A stretch of DNA of 64,000 nt from Candidatus Babeliales bacterium (GCA_035944115.1 DASZBJ010000034.1:1-64000); one strand, 5' to 3'. Counted from the first letter of the stretch, positions 29,770-41,832 are shown. A program made the numbers and translations. Notes: generated by a model not told the origin, from the letters alone.

Positions 29770-30834
29770 TTAACGCAATTTTAGCGTAATCAATGCAAGC
29801 AAGCATAAAATAAATGAGATAATGCCAAAGCGAACGGTAATTTTAGATTCTTGCCAACCAAGCAGCTCAAAATGGTGATGAATCGGTGCCATCTTAAAAC
29901 ATCGTCTACCCAAATACCGCAATGACATTACTTGCGCAATTACCGACACTGTTTCTAGGACAAAAAGGCCACCGGCGATAACAAGTAAGAACTCCTGTTT
30001 TGCCATCAATGCCATCAGGGCAAGGCCGGCACCTAACGATAGCGAACCAACATCACCCATAAAAATTTCTGCTGGATAGGCGTTGTACCATAAAAAGCCG
30101 AGCGAAGCGCCAACCAAAATAGAACCAATAACCGCTATTTCAGCAGATCCGGTAAATGGAATATATAAATAACTGGCGAGTGCATGGTGACCTGCTAAAT
30201 ATGCTAATAATGAAAACAGTGCAAAGTTTGGCAACAATGATCCAATTGCTAAACCATCAAGCCCATCGGTTAAATTAACTGCATTGCTCGTAGACACAAT
30301 CACAAACATAGCCCATGGAACATATAACCAGCTGATATCTAACTGCAACGTTTTACAAAATGGAAACGATAGAACTGTTGCGCCATCAACAAAAAAGATT
30401 AAGCCGAGTGCAACCATCGCTGCTACGAGCCATTGCAATTTAAACTTCATTCCCGCAGCGATTCCTTTTTTGTGCATAACTTTGCACCAATCATCCCAAA
30501 ATCCAATTGCACCAAAACCAACAAAACAAAATAAAAAAAACCAAACACGCGGGTCAAACACATTACACCATAGCAAAGTATTAAGCACTACCACACCCAG
30601 AATAAAGACACCTCCCATTGTCGGCGTGTCATCCTTTTTTTTGTGCGATTCTGGCAACATCTCACGCGTTTTTGATCGAAAATTCTTTTTTGATATTGCA
30701 ATGCAAGCATCACCAAACACAAAAGAAAAAAACAATGTACTCAATAATGAAGCAATCGCTCGAAAGCTCACATAATGGACCACATTAAACCCAGAAATAT
30801 ATGACTTTAGCCAAATAGACAAATGATATATCAT
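29770..30834 (-). CDS. mraY: Phospho-N-acetylmuramoyl-pentapeptide transferase
   Basis: MraY motifs (NAVNLTDGLDGLA, MGDVGS); start at MIYHL. ORF extension to 30972 is probably spurious. Confidence 0.85.
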   Translation of the reverse strand: MIYHLSIWLKSYISGFNVVHYVSFRAIASLLSTLFFSFVFGDACIAISKKNFRSKTREMLPESHKKKDDTPTMGGVFILGVVVLNTLLWCNVFDPRVWFFLFCFVGFGAIGFWDDWCKVMHKKGIAAGMKFKLQWLVAAMVALGLIFFVDGATVLSFPFCKTLQLDISWLYVPWAMFVIVSTSNAVNLTDGLDGLAIGSLLPNFALFSLLAYLAGHHALASYLYIPFTGSAEIAVIGSILVGASLGFLWYNAYPAEIFMGDVGSLSLGAGLALMALMAKQEFLLVIAGGLFVLETVSVIAQVMSLRYLGRRCFKMAPIHHHFELLGWQESKITVRFGIISFILCLLALITLKLR

Positions 30835-31038
30835 GACCCTCACTCTAACTATATAAATATATGTTATATTAATGTACAAGAAGTATATCAAAACAAACCA
30901 AAATTGCCCAATACATCGATTTAATGGGGGGTTTGGCCGGGGGGTTGACCCTAAAAGCCCCATCTGGCACACTTAATGGTATCAAAATGGAGGAAAAGTA
31001 TATGGTAATCACATTAACTTTTACCGAAAAGGTACATT

Positions 31039-31563
31039 ATGAAACTGAATACTATAAAAAATAAAGCAATCGGGGCGATTCTCTTGCCAATGCTACTCAT
31101 AAGCGCCTCAACCTCTGCAGCTCCCACCTGTAAATTCCCTCTTGAGGCAATAAGAAAGCAGATCTGTAATGCCAATAGCGATCAGTCTCTAACAGAATCC
31201 GTCGATAGTCATTTAGATGGATGGACAAGCTGGGTTACATCATTTGCCAATATGAATAATACCGAATCGTTAGACGTACATCTCAAAAGACTAGAATTGA
31301 GAATATCAGCCCTTGAGCAAATAAAAGCAAAAGCAAAAGATTGTAGCGACATCATCTACAAATTGCTCTCTATGCTTTGCACAGATATAAAAACTATTTA
31401 TACCACATTAAAAAATTATAATCGCTCAACTAGCTTGGGCGATATGATGGAACTGGGGCAAACATTACATCCATATACCCCACTATTCCCAGAAAAAATA
31501 CGAAAGTTTTCAAAAACTGAATGGAAAACAATATTCAAACATCGTATTAAACACAGCAGATAA
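31039..31563 (+). CDS. Hypothetical secreted protein
   Basis: Signal peptide; no recognisable domain. Confidence 0.5.
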   Translation: MKLNTIKNKAIGAILLPMLLISASTSAAPTCKFPLEAIRKQICNANSDQSLTESVDSHLDGWTSWVTSFANMNNTESLDVHLKRLELRISALEQIKAKAKDCSDIIYKLLSMLCTDIKTIYTTLKNYNRSTSLGDMMELGQTLHPYTPLFPEKIRKFSKTEWKTIFKHRIKHSR

Positions 31564-31592
31564 ATAATACACCTCATACCGATAAAAAATGA

Positions 31593-31632
31593 AAAGGCTT
31601 TTAGGGTAATCCTCTGAAAGCCTTTTTTGTTT
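31593..31632 (+). terminator. Rho-independent terminator
   Basis: AAAGGCTTT / AAAGCCTTT stem plus T-run. Confidence 0.6.
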
Positions 31633-31723
31633 ATACGTGTGTCCTCTCTGTACAAACTATCGTTCTTTTCATATTCTATCTAGCCGATATATATATCTAC
31701 TCATCTGCAACTCAGGATTTAAT

Positions 31724-32266
31724 ATGACAAGACATACTCTACTAATTACTCTAGCTCTCTGCTTTTCCATTAATTATAGCATCCAATTACATGCTGCTGA
31801 TGATTGCAAAAATGGTGGTGGTGACGACATATCAGCATGGGAGACAGGAAGTGATAGCGGCGATGAAGACGGTGGAATAGTAGCATGGGCAAACGCTGCA
31901 GCGTCACCTTCTGAATATACTGCTGCATTAACGCAAGCAACAGATACGACAAATCAGTTAAGTTTCTTCTTGCACCACCAACACAAAGAATGTATGCGCT
32001 TACAAGAAAGAATACAGACCCTTCCTTCATTAATCGAAACAATTAGTAGTGCGTCTAGTAATAATCAAGCGGCTGCATCAGGACTATCTCAATTGCAAAG
32101 ATCATCATGGGGACCGGCAATCTCTCAATGGCAAAGCGCACTAGCAATAGCGCTGACCAATATCGAAGGTCTGCATAAAGTATTAAGGACCCTGGAACTA
32201 CCTGCAGTCAGAACCACCCTACATCATCACCCGCGACCTACGCACTCATCTAAACGCAAGCTCTGA
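31724..32266 (+). CDS. Hypothetical secreted protein
   Basis: Signal peptide MTRHTLLITLALCFS...; alternative upstream start at 31637. Confidence 0.45.
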   Translation: MTRHTLLITLALCFSINYSIQLHAADDCKNGGGDDISAWETGSDSGDEDGGIVAWANAAASPSEYTAALTQATDTTNQLSFFLHHQHKECMRLQERIQTLPSLIETISSASSNNQAAASGLSQLQRSSWGPAISQWQSALAIALTNIEGLHKVLRTLELPAVRTTLHHHPRPTHSSKRKL

Positions 32267-32367
32267 TAGATGCAACTCGACCAACAAAAAAATTAAATAA
32301 AGCCAAGCAAGACCGCAATGTATACAACTGCCAAAAGACTTGCTGGTTATCACAAGATGCTTTACAA

Positions 32368-32406
32368 TGAGTTTTTATGGTATTAAAGCCTAAAAACTCA
32401 TTTTTG
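32368..32406 (+). terminator. Terminator-like hairpin
   Basis: TGAGTTTTTA / TAAAAACTCA stem plus TTTTT. Confidence 0.45.
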
Positions 32407-32434
32407 TTAAACCGCTTACTTTTACAAAGAACAA

Positions 32435-34255
32435 ATGAATACAGCACCTACCTATGATTTTGATGTTATCGTTATTGGCGGTGGCCACGCCGGAATAGAA
32501 GCAGCACATGCCGCAGCAAAGATGGGATCTAAAACCTTAATGATTACCATCGACACGCAAAAAATAGGCCTCATGCCCTGCAATCCTGCAATCGGTGGTG
32601 TAGGCAAAGGACATATGGTATATGAAATTAGCGCTATGGGTGGCCTAATGCCGAAACTTTGTACCAAAACCTACTTACAAGCCCGTATGCTCAATACAAA
32701 AAAAGGGCCCGCTGTTCAAGGACTGCGTCTGCAAATTGATAAATACGCATACAACAAATTAAGCCGAGAAACACTTGCACAGACAAAAAATCTTACCTTA
32801 CGCTCGGCGATGATAGAGTCTGTATGTCTTGATGAAACTGGCCATGTACGCGGCATTATCACTGCAACCGGAGAAACAATCAGTGCTCCAACAGTGATTA
32901 TTACAACCGGTACCTTTTTAAATGGTAAATGCCATATTGGTGAGAAAAATTTTGCTGCAGGACGACAAGATGAACCGGCAGCAACGGGTATTTCACAATT
33001 TTTTAAAAATCAGGGTATACAACTCGGACGCTTAAAAACAGGAACTCCTCCCCGTATTGCTAAGGGCTCCATCGATTTTTCAAAGTTAGAATATCAAGAG
33101 GCTGATGATCTTAATTATTTGTTTGAGTTCTATCCTCATAAATCGATACATACACATCCCTGCTATATAACGCACACTAATAAAAAGACGCACGATGTGA
33201 TCAGAAACAACCTCCACCGTTCGGCAATGTATAATGGTAACATCTTTGGGATCGGACCACGATACTGCCCATCCATTGAAGATAAAATTGGCCGATTCCC
33301 TAATAAAGAATCGCACCACGTATTTGTAGAACCAGAGGGTGCTGATTCTGATGAAGTATATCCAAATGGAATCTCCACATCGCTTCCTCAAGAAATACAA
33401 AAAGAGTATCTACAAACCATTGTTGGATTTGAAAACGCGGTGATCACTCGCCCAGGATACGCAGTTGAATATGACTTCGTACTGCCAAACCAGCTGCATC
33501 ATACGCTGGAAGTCAAATCTATTCCTGGCCTTTTTTTAGCAGGGCAGATTAATGGTACCACAGGATACGAAGAAGCTGCAGGTCAAGGAATTATGGCGGG
33601 GATTAATGCACATTTACATCACACAAAGCAACCGCCATTTATCATGGATCGTAATGAAGGATACATTGGGGTTATGATTGATGATTTAGTCTCATTTGGT
33701 GTTGATGAACCATATCGCATGTTTACATCGCGTGCAGAACGACGACTGTTACTCCGTCAAGATAATGTATTCTTACGACTCACTGACAAAGCACATGCTC
33801 TTGGTATGATCGATGAACAGATGTATACCGACTTTAAGGAAGAACAAAAAGCCGTTTTTGATACATTAACTTTTTTCCGTAGCAAATATAGCAATACACA
33901 GCTACTTAAAAAGTTTGGTGAGCTGGAATGTAATATAGCAGAGCTACGAGCCCATGCACCGGTACCCCTTTCTGACCGAGCTGTACAAATCATACACGCC
34001 GAAATTCGATACCAACCCTATATCGAACGAGAACAGCAAGAGATCGAAAAAAATATCCAGTATCAATCAATGACAATTCCTGATACATTCTCATATAAAG
34101 ATATACCGGGATTATCAAAGGAATTACAGGAGAAGTTACATAAATATACACCAAAAACTATCGCACATGCGGCATTAATTCCAGGTATGACCCCCGCTGC
34201 AATTGCGCTATTAATTTTTAATATACGAGAACAGATAAAATTAAAAAAAGGTTAG
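32435..34255 (+). CDS. mnmG: tRNA uridine 5-carboxymethylaminomethyl modification enzyme
   Basis: FDVIVIGGGHAGIEAA FAD motif and full-length MnmG-like sequence. Confidence 0.9.
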   Translation: MNTAPTYDFDVIVIGGGHAGIEAAHAAAKMGSKTLMITIDTQKIGLMPCNPAIGGVGKGHMVYEISAMGGLMPKLCTKTYLQARMLNTKKGPAVQGLRLQIDKYAYNKLSRETLAQTKNLTLRSAMIESVCLDETGHVRGIITATGETISAPTVIITTGTFLNGKCHIGEKNFAAGRQDEPAATGISQFFKNQGIQLGRLKTGTPPRIAKGSIDFSKLEYQEADDLNYLFEFYPHKSIHTHPCYITHTNKKTHDVIRNNLHRSAMYNGNIFGIGPRYCPSIEDKIGRFPNKESHHVFVEPEGADSDEVYPNGISTSLPQEIQKEYLQTIVGFENAVITRPGYAVEYDFVLPNQLHHTLEVKSIPGLFLAGQINGTTGYEEAAGQGIMAGINAHLHHTKQPPFIMDRNEGYIGVMIDDLVSFGVDEPYRMFTSRAERRLLLRQDNVFLRLTDKAHALGMIDEQMYTDFKEEQKAVFDTLTFFRSKYSNTQLLKKFGELECNIAELRAHAPVPLSDRAVQIIHAEIRYQPYIEREQQEIEKNIQYQSMTIPDTFSYKDIPGLSKELQEKLHKYTPKTIAHAALIPGMTPAAIALLIFNIREQIKLKKG

Positions 34256-34284
34256 TTTTTAAACATTAATAAAGGATTTTTATC

Positions 34285-34950
34285 GTGTCTACCAAAACAA
34301 TGTTTGCATTACTGTTATTACCATCAATCGTTTTTTCAGCTGCCCCGCAACCAACGGCAACAAAAAAGTCAAAGGCTGTTACCTCTAAATCATCTTGTGC
34401 AAAAAAAACCAAGAAAAAATCATGTAACTCTTGCCCACTTGCGCAGAAACAACCGGCAAAAACTAAAGAATTTGAAGCAACCCTCCTTCCTGTTGCTACA
34501 GCAACCGTTGCTACTGATCTAAAAACAACGGCTACGCAAACTGCTATTGCTGTTACTGAAAGCACTGTCTCTACAACAGCTCAAGTGCAATCGACTACAA
34601 ATGCAGATGCAAAAAAACGATCCGTTACTGTGGTCGCTGATATGCCTAAAGCATCATTAGGATATAAACATTTTTTTGGCACCTATTATCCAACAGAATT
34701 CTATCTAACCGTGAACGGTAAAAAATCTGGGCCTGAAGAAACCGTTACTATAGATTGTGAGAACAACTGTGTCGACATCACCTATTACGCGCAATTTCAA
34801 AACGGTAGAGAAACGTCTCGACAATATGTATATGCAATTGATCCAAAAAAAGAACAAGTAACCGCTACTTTTGGTTGGAAAGTTGATAACCGCGTAATGC
34901 TGGATGATGAGAGAGCGCAACTAACTTCATTTGTTGAAATTATACCGTAA
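34285..34950 (+). CDS. Hypothetical secreted Thr/Ala-rich protein
   Basis: Signal peptide; low-complexity T/A-rich middle. Confidence 0.5.
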   Translation: MSTKTMFALLLLPSIVFSAAPQPTATKKSKAVTSKSSCAKKTKKKSCNSCPLAQKQPAKTKEFEATLLPVATATVATDLKTTATQTAIAVTESTVSTTAQVQSTTNADAKKRSVTVVADMPKASLGYKHFFGTYYPTEFYLTVNGKKSGPEETVTIDCENNCVDITYYAQFQNGRETSRQYVYAIDPKKEQVTATFGWKVDNRVMLDDERAQLTSFVEIIP

Positions 34951-34962
34951 TAAGGAATATTC

Positions 34963-35763
34963 TTGTTGCACACTATTGCTCATATCTATGGTCCTTTTAC
35001 CATACACAGTTTTGGTTTATTTGTTGTTTTGGGTCTTATTGCAACGATATACCTTACATTACAACATCCATTGCGTGCAAAAATTGTCACTAAAAACAGT
35101 TTTTTAGATGCAATTTTGCTCAGCATCATTGTTGGCGTTGTTGGATGCCGCATACTATTTATATTCCAAAACTGGCGTACCTTGCAGCATTACACCGATA
35201 TTTTTGATGTAACAAGTGGAGGAGTTTCTTCTCTGGGAGCTTTTGTAGGCATTTTACTGGTCATGCCACTCTATTTACGGTGGCATGCAATCCCCTGCAT
35301 ACCTTTTTTTGATCTTCTTGCTATTCATGCTGCGTTGCTTCATACATTTGTCCGTATCGGCTGCTTTTTATCAGGATGTTGTCACGGTATCCAAACCGCT
35401 ATGCCTTGGGGGGTTATCTATAGCGACTTTGAATCATCTGCACCATTATTTGTAAGAATTCATCCGACACAACTCTACAGTGCTTGTATATCATTACTAT
35501 TGTTTTTCATTATATATTTTAAATTACAATATCAGTTTAAAAAACCTGGCCAAATTACTGCATTATATCTAATGGGTACCACGATGGAACGGTTCTTAGT
35601 TGATTTCTTTCGCGGAGACCAAGAGTTTTTACCCTATACATCGTTATTAGTTCTTTCGACACACCAATGGATCGCCCTTGGATTGTTTGCCTTAGGATTT
35701 ATACTTTTTATATATGCTTCATACGCTACCACCAAACCGTACCAGTACCATGAACCTGTTTAG
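34963..35763 (+). CDS. lgt: Prolipoprotein diacylglyceryl transferase
   Basis: Lgt signature (HPTQLYS, G..R.GCF..GCC). Confidence 0.85.
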   Translation: MLHTIAHIYGPFTIHSFGLFVVLGLIATIYLTLQHPLRAKIVTKNSFLDAILLSIIVGVVGCRILFIFQNWRTLQHYTDIFDVTSGGVSSLGAFVGILLVMPLYLRWHAIPCIPFFDLLAIHAALLHTFVRIGCFLSGCCHGIQTAMPWGVIYSDFESSAPLFVRIHPTQLYSACISLLLFFIIYFKLQYQFKKPGQITALYLMGTTMERFLVDFFRGDQEFLPYTSLLVLSTHQWIALGLFALGFILFIYASYATTKPYQYHEPV

Positions 35764-37507
35764 CTATATAAAAAGTAACCTATCGATCTTGAACGTCATA
35801 CAAGAATACACAACACTCAAAAAAGCAGGCTCATACTGGAAAGGAAGCTGCCCCTTCCATTCAGAAAAAACTGGGTCCTTTACCGTAAGCCCACACAAAG
35901 AAATTTTTTACTGCTTTGGCTGTCATGCTGGCGGAGATCTGATTACCTTTACTGCTACTATAGAAAACTGCTCCCCCATGGAAGCAGCACAACATCTTAT
36001 TGACCGATACCAACTTACCATTCCAGATAATATCGCAAAAGATGATGGTGTTTCACTTGAGAAAAAGAACTTATACTTTAAGATTTGCGAACTAACTGCT
36101 TCCTGGTGTGCTGAAAACCTCACCAAAAACCCCACAATATTGAATTACCTGCACAATCGTAATATTAACCAAAAAAGCATTGCCCATTTTACGATTGGCT
36201 TTTTTCCTGGTGGACTTGCAGCCATCAAAATGTTTACTGAGTTTATGAAAAAACAAGGGATACTATATGATGATTTACTGCAAGCACATATTATCTGCCA
36301 AGGAAAAACTGTTGCATATTCCCCGTTTGAACAGCGGATTATCTTTCCTATAAAAGATCATTTAGGTAGATATTGTGGCTTTGGTGGACGCATTTATCAA
36401 GAACAAGATCAACGAGCCAAATATTATAATTCCCGCGAAACTGATTTTTTCTCAAAAGGATCCCTCCTTTTTGGACTTGATATCGCCAAACAAGCAATTC
36501 AAAAAGCAGAAACCGCCTTTTTAGTCGAAGGGTATACCGACTGTATCGTTATGGCACAATACGGCTATCACAACACTGTAGCCACACTGGGAACCGCTTG
36601 TACTCTTGAACATCTCACTATCCTTGCACGCCACGCACAACAACTTTTTATTCTGTATGATGGAGATCGCGCAGGCCAAGAAGCAATGCTACGCCTGACC
36701 GAACTGTGCTGGCAAGTACAAATCGAACTGAAAGTAATTTGTCTTCCTTCTGGAGAAGATCCAGCATCATTTCTAATAAAAGGAGAACAGCTAACCCCTT
36801 TGATTGAACACGCAAAAGATATTTTTGAATATTTCATTACTATCTTAAGTAAAGATTATTTGCATCAGACGCTCCACAAAAAACTACAACTTGCCCAAAA
36901 GATTATCACCACCATTGAGCGGCTGGACAACCCCCTAACCAAGGATCTACTCTTCCAGCGGGCATCCGATATATTAAAAATTCCAGTCTCATCCCTGAAA
37001 AACTCTACTCTGGCGAGCCCGCAACGTACCCCCAGAAAGCTACCCGATATTCCTGCTGAACCTGAAGAATCAGAGCAACCACAGGACCAAAGACTAGAAA
37101 AAGCCCTGTTTTTCGCTATAATGGGAGATATTACGCTTTTGAATGATGATAATGCGGTATATTTATTAGAATATTTGCCGAGCCCATTTAATAAAATATT
37201 AGCGCGGCTCAGAGAGGCACAAAGAATATGCTCATCGCTCAACTTTATTCAGTTTTTTGATATGTTAAACCCCAAAGAGCAACAATTCATTAGCAAGCTA
37301 CTCATGAATCAAGAACAAGAGACATCCCCTGAAGAATTCGACCAGCTTCTTACAAAACTACAAAAAAAGAATTGGAAGCTCATCGTGCAAAATATGAAAA
37401 TCAAAATTGCACAGGAAGAAGAGTACGCAAATAAAGAAAAGATTGAAAAAATAATTCAAGACTTTTTAGCCTTAAAGAGAAAAATAGTTCACAAGAATCT
37501 TATTTAA
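35750..37507 (+). CDS. dnaG: DNA primase
   Basis: Zinc finger [36 protein letters not shown]; 14-nt overlap with lgt. Confidence 0.85.
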   Translation: MNLFSYIKSNLSILNVIQEYTTLKKAGSYWKGSCPFHSEKTGSFTVSPHKEIFYCFGCHAGGDLITFTATIENCSPMEAAQHLIDRYQLTIPDNIAKDDGVSLEKKNLYFKICELTASWCAENLTKNPTILNYLHNRNINQKSIAHFTIGFFPGGLAAIKMFTEFMKKQGILYDDLLQAHIICQGKTVAYSPFEQRIIFPIKDHLGRYCGFGGRIYQEQDQRAKYYNSRETDFFSKGSLLFGLDIAKQAIQKAETAFLVEGYTDCIVMAQYGYHNTVATLGTACTLEHLTILARHAQQLFILYDGDRAGQEAMLRLTELCWQVQIELKVICLPSGEDPASFLIKGEQLTPLIEHAKDIFEYFITILSKDYLHQTLHKKLQLAQKIITTIERLDNPLTKDLLFQRASDILKIPVSSLKNSTLASPQRTPRKLPDIPAEPEESEQPQDQRLEKALFFAIMGDITLLNDDNAVYLLEYLPSPFNKILARLREAQRICSSLNFIQFFDMLNPKEQQFISKLLMNQEQETSPEEFDQLLTKLQKKNWKLIVQNMKIKIAQEEEYANKEKIEKIIQDFLALKRKIVHKNLI

Positions 37508-37524
37508 AAATTAAAGATCATTGT

Positions 37525-39405
37525 ATGAAAAAAACAAATAAAAACGAAACGCCTGCACCAGTAGTAACCGAAAAAACTACTACCACCAACTTAGATCTTA
37601 AAAAAGAGCTTATTAACGAACTCATTGACCATGGAAAACAGAATGGCTTTCTTGCATATGAAGAAGTAATCGAATTCTGTGATCGAACAAACCTGTCTGA
37701 AAAAGAGACGAGTGAACTCCTTTCTCGCATTGAACGATCTCATATCGAACTCATTACTCAAGAAGAGATGGAGCAAAAAAACATCCATGAAGATGATGAG
37801 GATGACCTTGGTGAGAAAGCATTACAGAACCCTCTGAATCTCGAAGATGAATTTGAAGAAGAAGATGAGGAAGAAGAGAGCGACGAAGATGATGATAAAA
37901 AGAAAGTTGCACGGGCTGACACTGCGGCGCACATTAGTGATGCAGTAAAGTGTTATCTACGCGATATCGGCAAAATACCACTTCTTAATAAAGAAACAGA
38001 AACCGTAATTTCTAATATGATCGCAAAAAGCAAGCGCGATTGTATCGAAATCATTTCTCGATTTCCATTTATCCATAAAGAATTTCTCTCTATCGGAGAA
38101 CGTCTTTCTAAAGATTCTTTGATTTTAAAAGACCTCATTCAATTCTCTCAATTTGACGAAGAAAACCTTCCAAAAATCGAAGAAGAAAAGAAAAACATCA
38201 TAAAAATGATCAACACCATAAAAACGTTGATCTTAAATGAAGAAAAGATTTATGCAAAATATCGAGGTCAACTGGTCACCAAACAGGACCGCGATGCAAT
38301 GCTTGGAGAAATCAAAGATAATAAACAGGAAATTGGTAAAAAGATTCAAAGCATAAAGCTTTCTAATAAATTAATCAGAAAGCTTGGAAAACGTATTGAA
38401 AAATACCTGAATAAAATCCAAGAAAAAGAAACGATTGCGCGAGAATCTACTCAAGTTTTAGAAGATCTTAAAAAAATCGAAAATCCAAACGAAGCCGAGT
38501 TAGAAGCAATACAAGAGCATGAAAGAAACATGCGCTCTGCCAACAAGTTAATCAAAAAACTTGAAGTTGAAGTTGGACTTCCAAAATCAGAGATCACTGT
38601 TCTTTATCATCAATTCGCAACCGCTCAACAAAATGATAAACGTGCAAAAGACAACCTTGCTAAAGCAAACTTGCGCCTTGTTGTTAATATTGCAAAAAAA
38701 TTCGTTAACCGCGGGCTACACTTTCTTGATCTGATCCAGGAAGGTAACATCGGGCTTATGAAAGCAGTAGAAAAATTTGAGTTTGAACGTGGTTATAAAT
38801 TCTCAACATATGCAACCTGGTGGATTAAGCAGGCAATCACTCGCGCTATCGCTGACCAGTCGCGTACTATTCGCGTACCGGTGCACATGGTAGAAACACT
38901 TAATAAAATTAATAAAATACGCCGCACCTTTGTACAAGAGCACGGTAGGGAACCATCCCATACAGAGTTAGCAAAAGAACTAAATCTTGATGAAAAGAAA
39001 ATCAAAAACATCATTAAAATCTCTAAAGAGCCGATATCTCTTGAAACGCCTGTTGGCGATGGTGAAGATGCGTATCTAAAGGATTTTATCAAAAATGAAA
39101 ATGATTTTTCTCCATCTGATACGGTTGCTAACAACGACCTAAAAGAACGAGTGCGTAAAGTACTTAAAACGTTAACACCACGAGAAGAAAAAGTTCTGAA
39201 AATGCGTTTTGGAATCGACGTTGCCTCTGAGCATACCCTTGAAGAAGTTGGAAAAGACTTCTCCGTAACACGAGAACGTATTCGACAAATTGAAGTTAAG
39301 GCGCTGCGCAAACTCCGTCATCCATCCCGTAGCAAGAAGCTTAAGACATTCTTCGATAAAGAAATCGATGAAATATCGGAAGATTTAGATGATCCAATTG
39401 AGTAA
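37525..39405 (+). CDS. rpoD: RNA polymerase sigma-70 factor with long acidic insertion
   Basis: Regions 1.1 to 4 ([25 protein letters not shown], region 4 HTH). Confidence 0.9.
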   Translation: MKKTNKNETPAPVVTEKTTTTNLDLKKELINELIDHGKQNGFLAYEEVIEFCDRTNLSEKETSELLSRIERSHIELITQEEMEQKNIHEDDEDDLGEKALQNPLNLEDEFEEEDEEEESDEDDDKKKVARADTAAHISDAVKCYLRDIGKIPLLNKETETVISNMIAKSKRDCIEIISRFPFIHKEFLSIGERLSKDSLILKDLIQFSQFDEENLPKIEEEKKNIIKMINTIKTLILNEEKIYAKYRGQLVTKQDRDAMLGEIKDNKQEIGKKIQSIKLSNKLIRKLGKRIEKYLNKIQEKETIARESTQVLEDLKKIENPNEAELEAIQEHERNMRSANKLIKKLEVEVGLPKSEITVLYHQFATAQQNDKRAKDNLAKANLRLVVNIAKKFVNRGLHFLDLIQEGNIGLMKAVEKFEFERGYKFSTYATWWIKQAITRAIADQSRTIRVPVHMVETLNKINKIRRTFVQEHGREPSHTELAKELNLDEKKIKNIIKISKEPISLETPVGDGEDAYLKDFIKNENDFSPSDTVANNDLKERVRKVLKTLTPREEKVLKMRFGIDVASEHTLEEVGKDFSVTRERIRQIEVKALRKLRHPSRSKKLKTFFDKEIDEISEDLDDPIE

Positions 39406-39435
39406 TCTATAAAAAATGAGAGTAGGATATAAAGT

Positions 39436-40752
39436 ATGGAACCAATACCGCTAAGTACGCTACAAACGCCGTTTATTTTTCTGATTATCGCGCTGTGCAT
39501 GCGCGCACTATTTTCGTTCTTAGAAACAAGTATAACTGCGCTTCGGCTATTCAAATTAAAAGAAATGGCCGAAGCGTATCCACAATATAAAGCATTATTT
39601 AACACCTTAGAAAAAAATCCCCATCGAGTGCTCATCACCATCGTAATATCCAACTCCTTAGCAGACGTTACCACAGCAGCCATTGCCACCTACATTACCG
39701 AAGTACTATTTTCACATTTAAATTTTTCCAATGGAGTCGGATTTTCGTTGGGCATTGGCGTCGCAACCATTTGCATTATTATATTTGGTGAAATTATCCC
39801 TAAAAACATTGCAAAGCGAAGCGGCGAACGATTATTCAAATCAACTATATGGATTATCAACTTTATTTATCTCCTTTTATATCCTATCGTTACCATTCTT
39901 CTTAAAATCTCTGATTTTTTTATCACAAAAATTACCGGCAAGGATGAAACTGAAGGAGGATGTGAATGGGTATCTTCTGAAAAAGAGATTCAATTTTTAA
40001 TCGGCTACATCAAAGATAAAGGAATCATGGAAACAGAAAAAACCACGATGCTCCAAAATATTTTTGATCTTGGACACACACCAGTACGAGAAGTATTTGT
40101 TCCATCGGTAAAAATTGTTTCTGTAAATGCATCATCAATGAGCAAAGACGTTGTCGATCTATTTTTAAAACATGGTTTCACTCGCTTTCCCGTTTATGAA
40201 AACAAAGTCGATAACATTATTGGCATGGTCCATCTCAAAGATGTATTTGCTCTTGCCGCTAAAAATATCAACTCCCCTGTTAAAGATATCATGCGCCCCA
40301 TCCTCTTTATCCCTGAAAGCGTAAAAATTAATCAGCTACTAAAAGAATTTAAACAACAACATAAGCATATCGCCATTGTCATCAATGAACATGGCAGTAT
40401 GACCGGACTAGTAACTCTTGAAGATGTGCTTGAAGAAATTGTTGGCGAAATCATTGATGAAAATGAAATGCCTACGGAAAAAATAACATCTTTGCAAAAA
40501 GGTGGTTGGATTGTCGACGGCACCACTCCACTTGAAGATCTAGAACAGATGCTTGGCATTATATTTGACACAGAAGACGCAGTCACACTCGGTGGGTTTA
40601 TCACTGAACAGTTACAACGACTTCCTCAAAAAGGTGAGCAGTTTCAATATAAACAGTTCAACTTCTATGTACAACAAGCCACTCAAAAACAAGTACTACG
40701 GGTCTTAATATCCAGTACAGAAGAACCAATAGAACAAAAAAAAGAAGAGTGA
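39436..40752 (+). CDS. CNNM/CorC-HlyC family protein (DUF21, CBS pair and CorC_HlyC domains)
   Basis: N-terminal four-TM DUF21, two CBS domains, C-terminal transporter-associated domain. Confidence 0.8.
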   Translation: MEPIPLSTLQTPFIFLIIALCMRALFSFLETSITALRLFKLKEMAEAYPQYKALFNTLEKNPHRVLITIVISNSLADVTTAAIATYITEVLFSHLNFSNGVGFSLGIGVATICIIIFGEIIPKNIAKRSGERLFKSTIWIINFIYLLLYPIVTILLKISDFFITKITGKDETEGGCEWVSSEKEIQFLIGYIKDKGIMETEKTTMLQNIFDLGHTPVREVFVPSVKIVSVNASSMSKDVVDLFLKHGFTRFPVYENKVDNIIGMVHLKDVFALAAKNINSPVKDIMRPILFIPESVKINQLLKEFKQQHKHIAIVINEHGSMTGLVTLEDVLEEIVGEIIDENEMPTEKITSLQKGGWIVDGTTPLEDLEQMLGIIFDTEDAVTLGGFITEQLQRLPQKGEQFQYKQFNFYVQQATQKQVLRVLISSTEEPIEQKKEE

Positions 40753-40774
40753 AATTTTTTAAAAAAAGGAACTC

Positions 40775-41440
40775 ATGAAGCAAAATATCACCCCACTACG
40801 CGTGGCCATCATACTCTGTATCATAAGCTCTACAAGAATCAACGCTACGACTATGCCATATGACGTAACTGAAGAAATCGACACTGCTATACAACAGCAA
40901 TCCCTACATGCTAACATTGATGAAATAATCCAAAAATTAGCCAAGATAATAGAAGCAATTGTTGAATCCATCCCTTTTCATCTGCGGAAACATACATTAG
41001 CTAATGCACTTAATAAATTAATTACTGCATACATAGAAACTAGCCTCCAAATTGATAACCTTGAAGAGCTATCCACCAACCCTAGCCAGGAAATCTTCAC
41101 ACAGCTACAGCAAAATTTAACCGCAAAAACCCGTAAAGGGATGGATCGCTCTACCGAGCTTATTTTACATTCAGTCGCGAACATAATCGGTACAGTGACC
41201 AATGCCTGCATTAATGGAGAAAAACATCCGGAAATCATTGGTGCAAGTGTCAGTAATGTCTGTTCAGAAATAGTAACTATCGTAGCAGAAAAAACACGAA
41301 AAAATGAAGCCACTACAGGAACTGTCAACATGAATGTTATCATGCAACACCTTGCTACTGATCCTGTGCTACGGGAAGCGGTAGAAGAAATTATACTGAG
41401 GCGCGCTGAGGCAATGAAAACAGCATCACAAGGATCTTGA
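40775..41440 (+). CDS. Hypothetical secreted alpha-helical protein
   Basis: Signal peptide; no known domain. Confidence 0.5.
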   Translation: MKQNITPLRVAIILCIISSTRINATTMPYDVTEEIDTAIQQQSLHANIDEIIQKLAKIIEAIVESIPFHLRKHTLANALNKLITAYIETSLQIDNLEELSTNPSQEIFTQLQQNLTAKTRKGMDRSTELILHSVANIIGTVTNACINGEKHPEIIGASVSNVCSEIVTIVAEKTRKNEATTGTVNMNVIMQHLATDPVLREAVEEIILRRAEAMKTASQGS

Positions 41441-41475
41441 TAATATTTTTATTAAAAACAGTCTACGAAGCAAAA

Positions 41476-41510
41476 AAGCGGAAATTACATTCCGCTTTTT
41501 TTATTTTTTT
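41476..41510 (+). terminator. Rho-independent terminator
   Basis: AAGCGGAA-attaca-TTCCGCTT followed by a T-run. Confidence 0.6.
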
Positions 41511-41523
41511 ATCACCGATTATT

Positions 41524-41832
41524 TTACTGAGATTGGCCTCCTGATCTCAGGCGGTGATATACTCTTTTAAAACAATCACCACAAGAAGAGGTTCTTTGTC
41601 TTTGTAAAACAGAAAGAGATGGCTGAGGTATACCTACCGCTTTGGGCCAAACAAATGCAGCCCATGGTTTTCCATTAGCAAGCCCTCGCAGAGCTACTGC
41701 TTCTGTTATACGCGTTGTATTTACTGTGGATGGTATCATAATAATATGCATGCTAGAAGAATCTGGTGCCGCTCCTAACAACGGAATGCTTATCAATACA
41801 GAACCCATAATAAAAATTAACATTCTTATCAT
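41524..41832 (-). CDS. Small hypothetical secreted protein (102 aa)
   Basis: Good signal peptide MIRMLIFIMGSVLISIPLLGAAP; no homology recognised. Confidence 0.35.
   Translation of the reverse strand: MIRMLIFIMGSVLISIPLLGAAPDSSSMHIIMIPSTVNTTRITEAVALRGLANGKPWAAFVWPKAVGIPQPSLSVLQRQRTSSCGDCFKRVYHRLRSGGQSQ

Noticed and set aside
30835-30972. N-terminal extension of the mraY ORF
   Set aside because: MraY homologs start at the MIYHL-like motif. The extension has no coding-like composition
38793-39311. 172-aa antisense ORF within rpoD, and similar antisense ORFs in dnaG, glyA and secA
   Set aside because: They overlap highly conserved coding frames on the opposite strand
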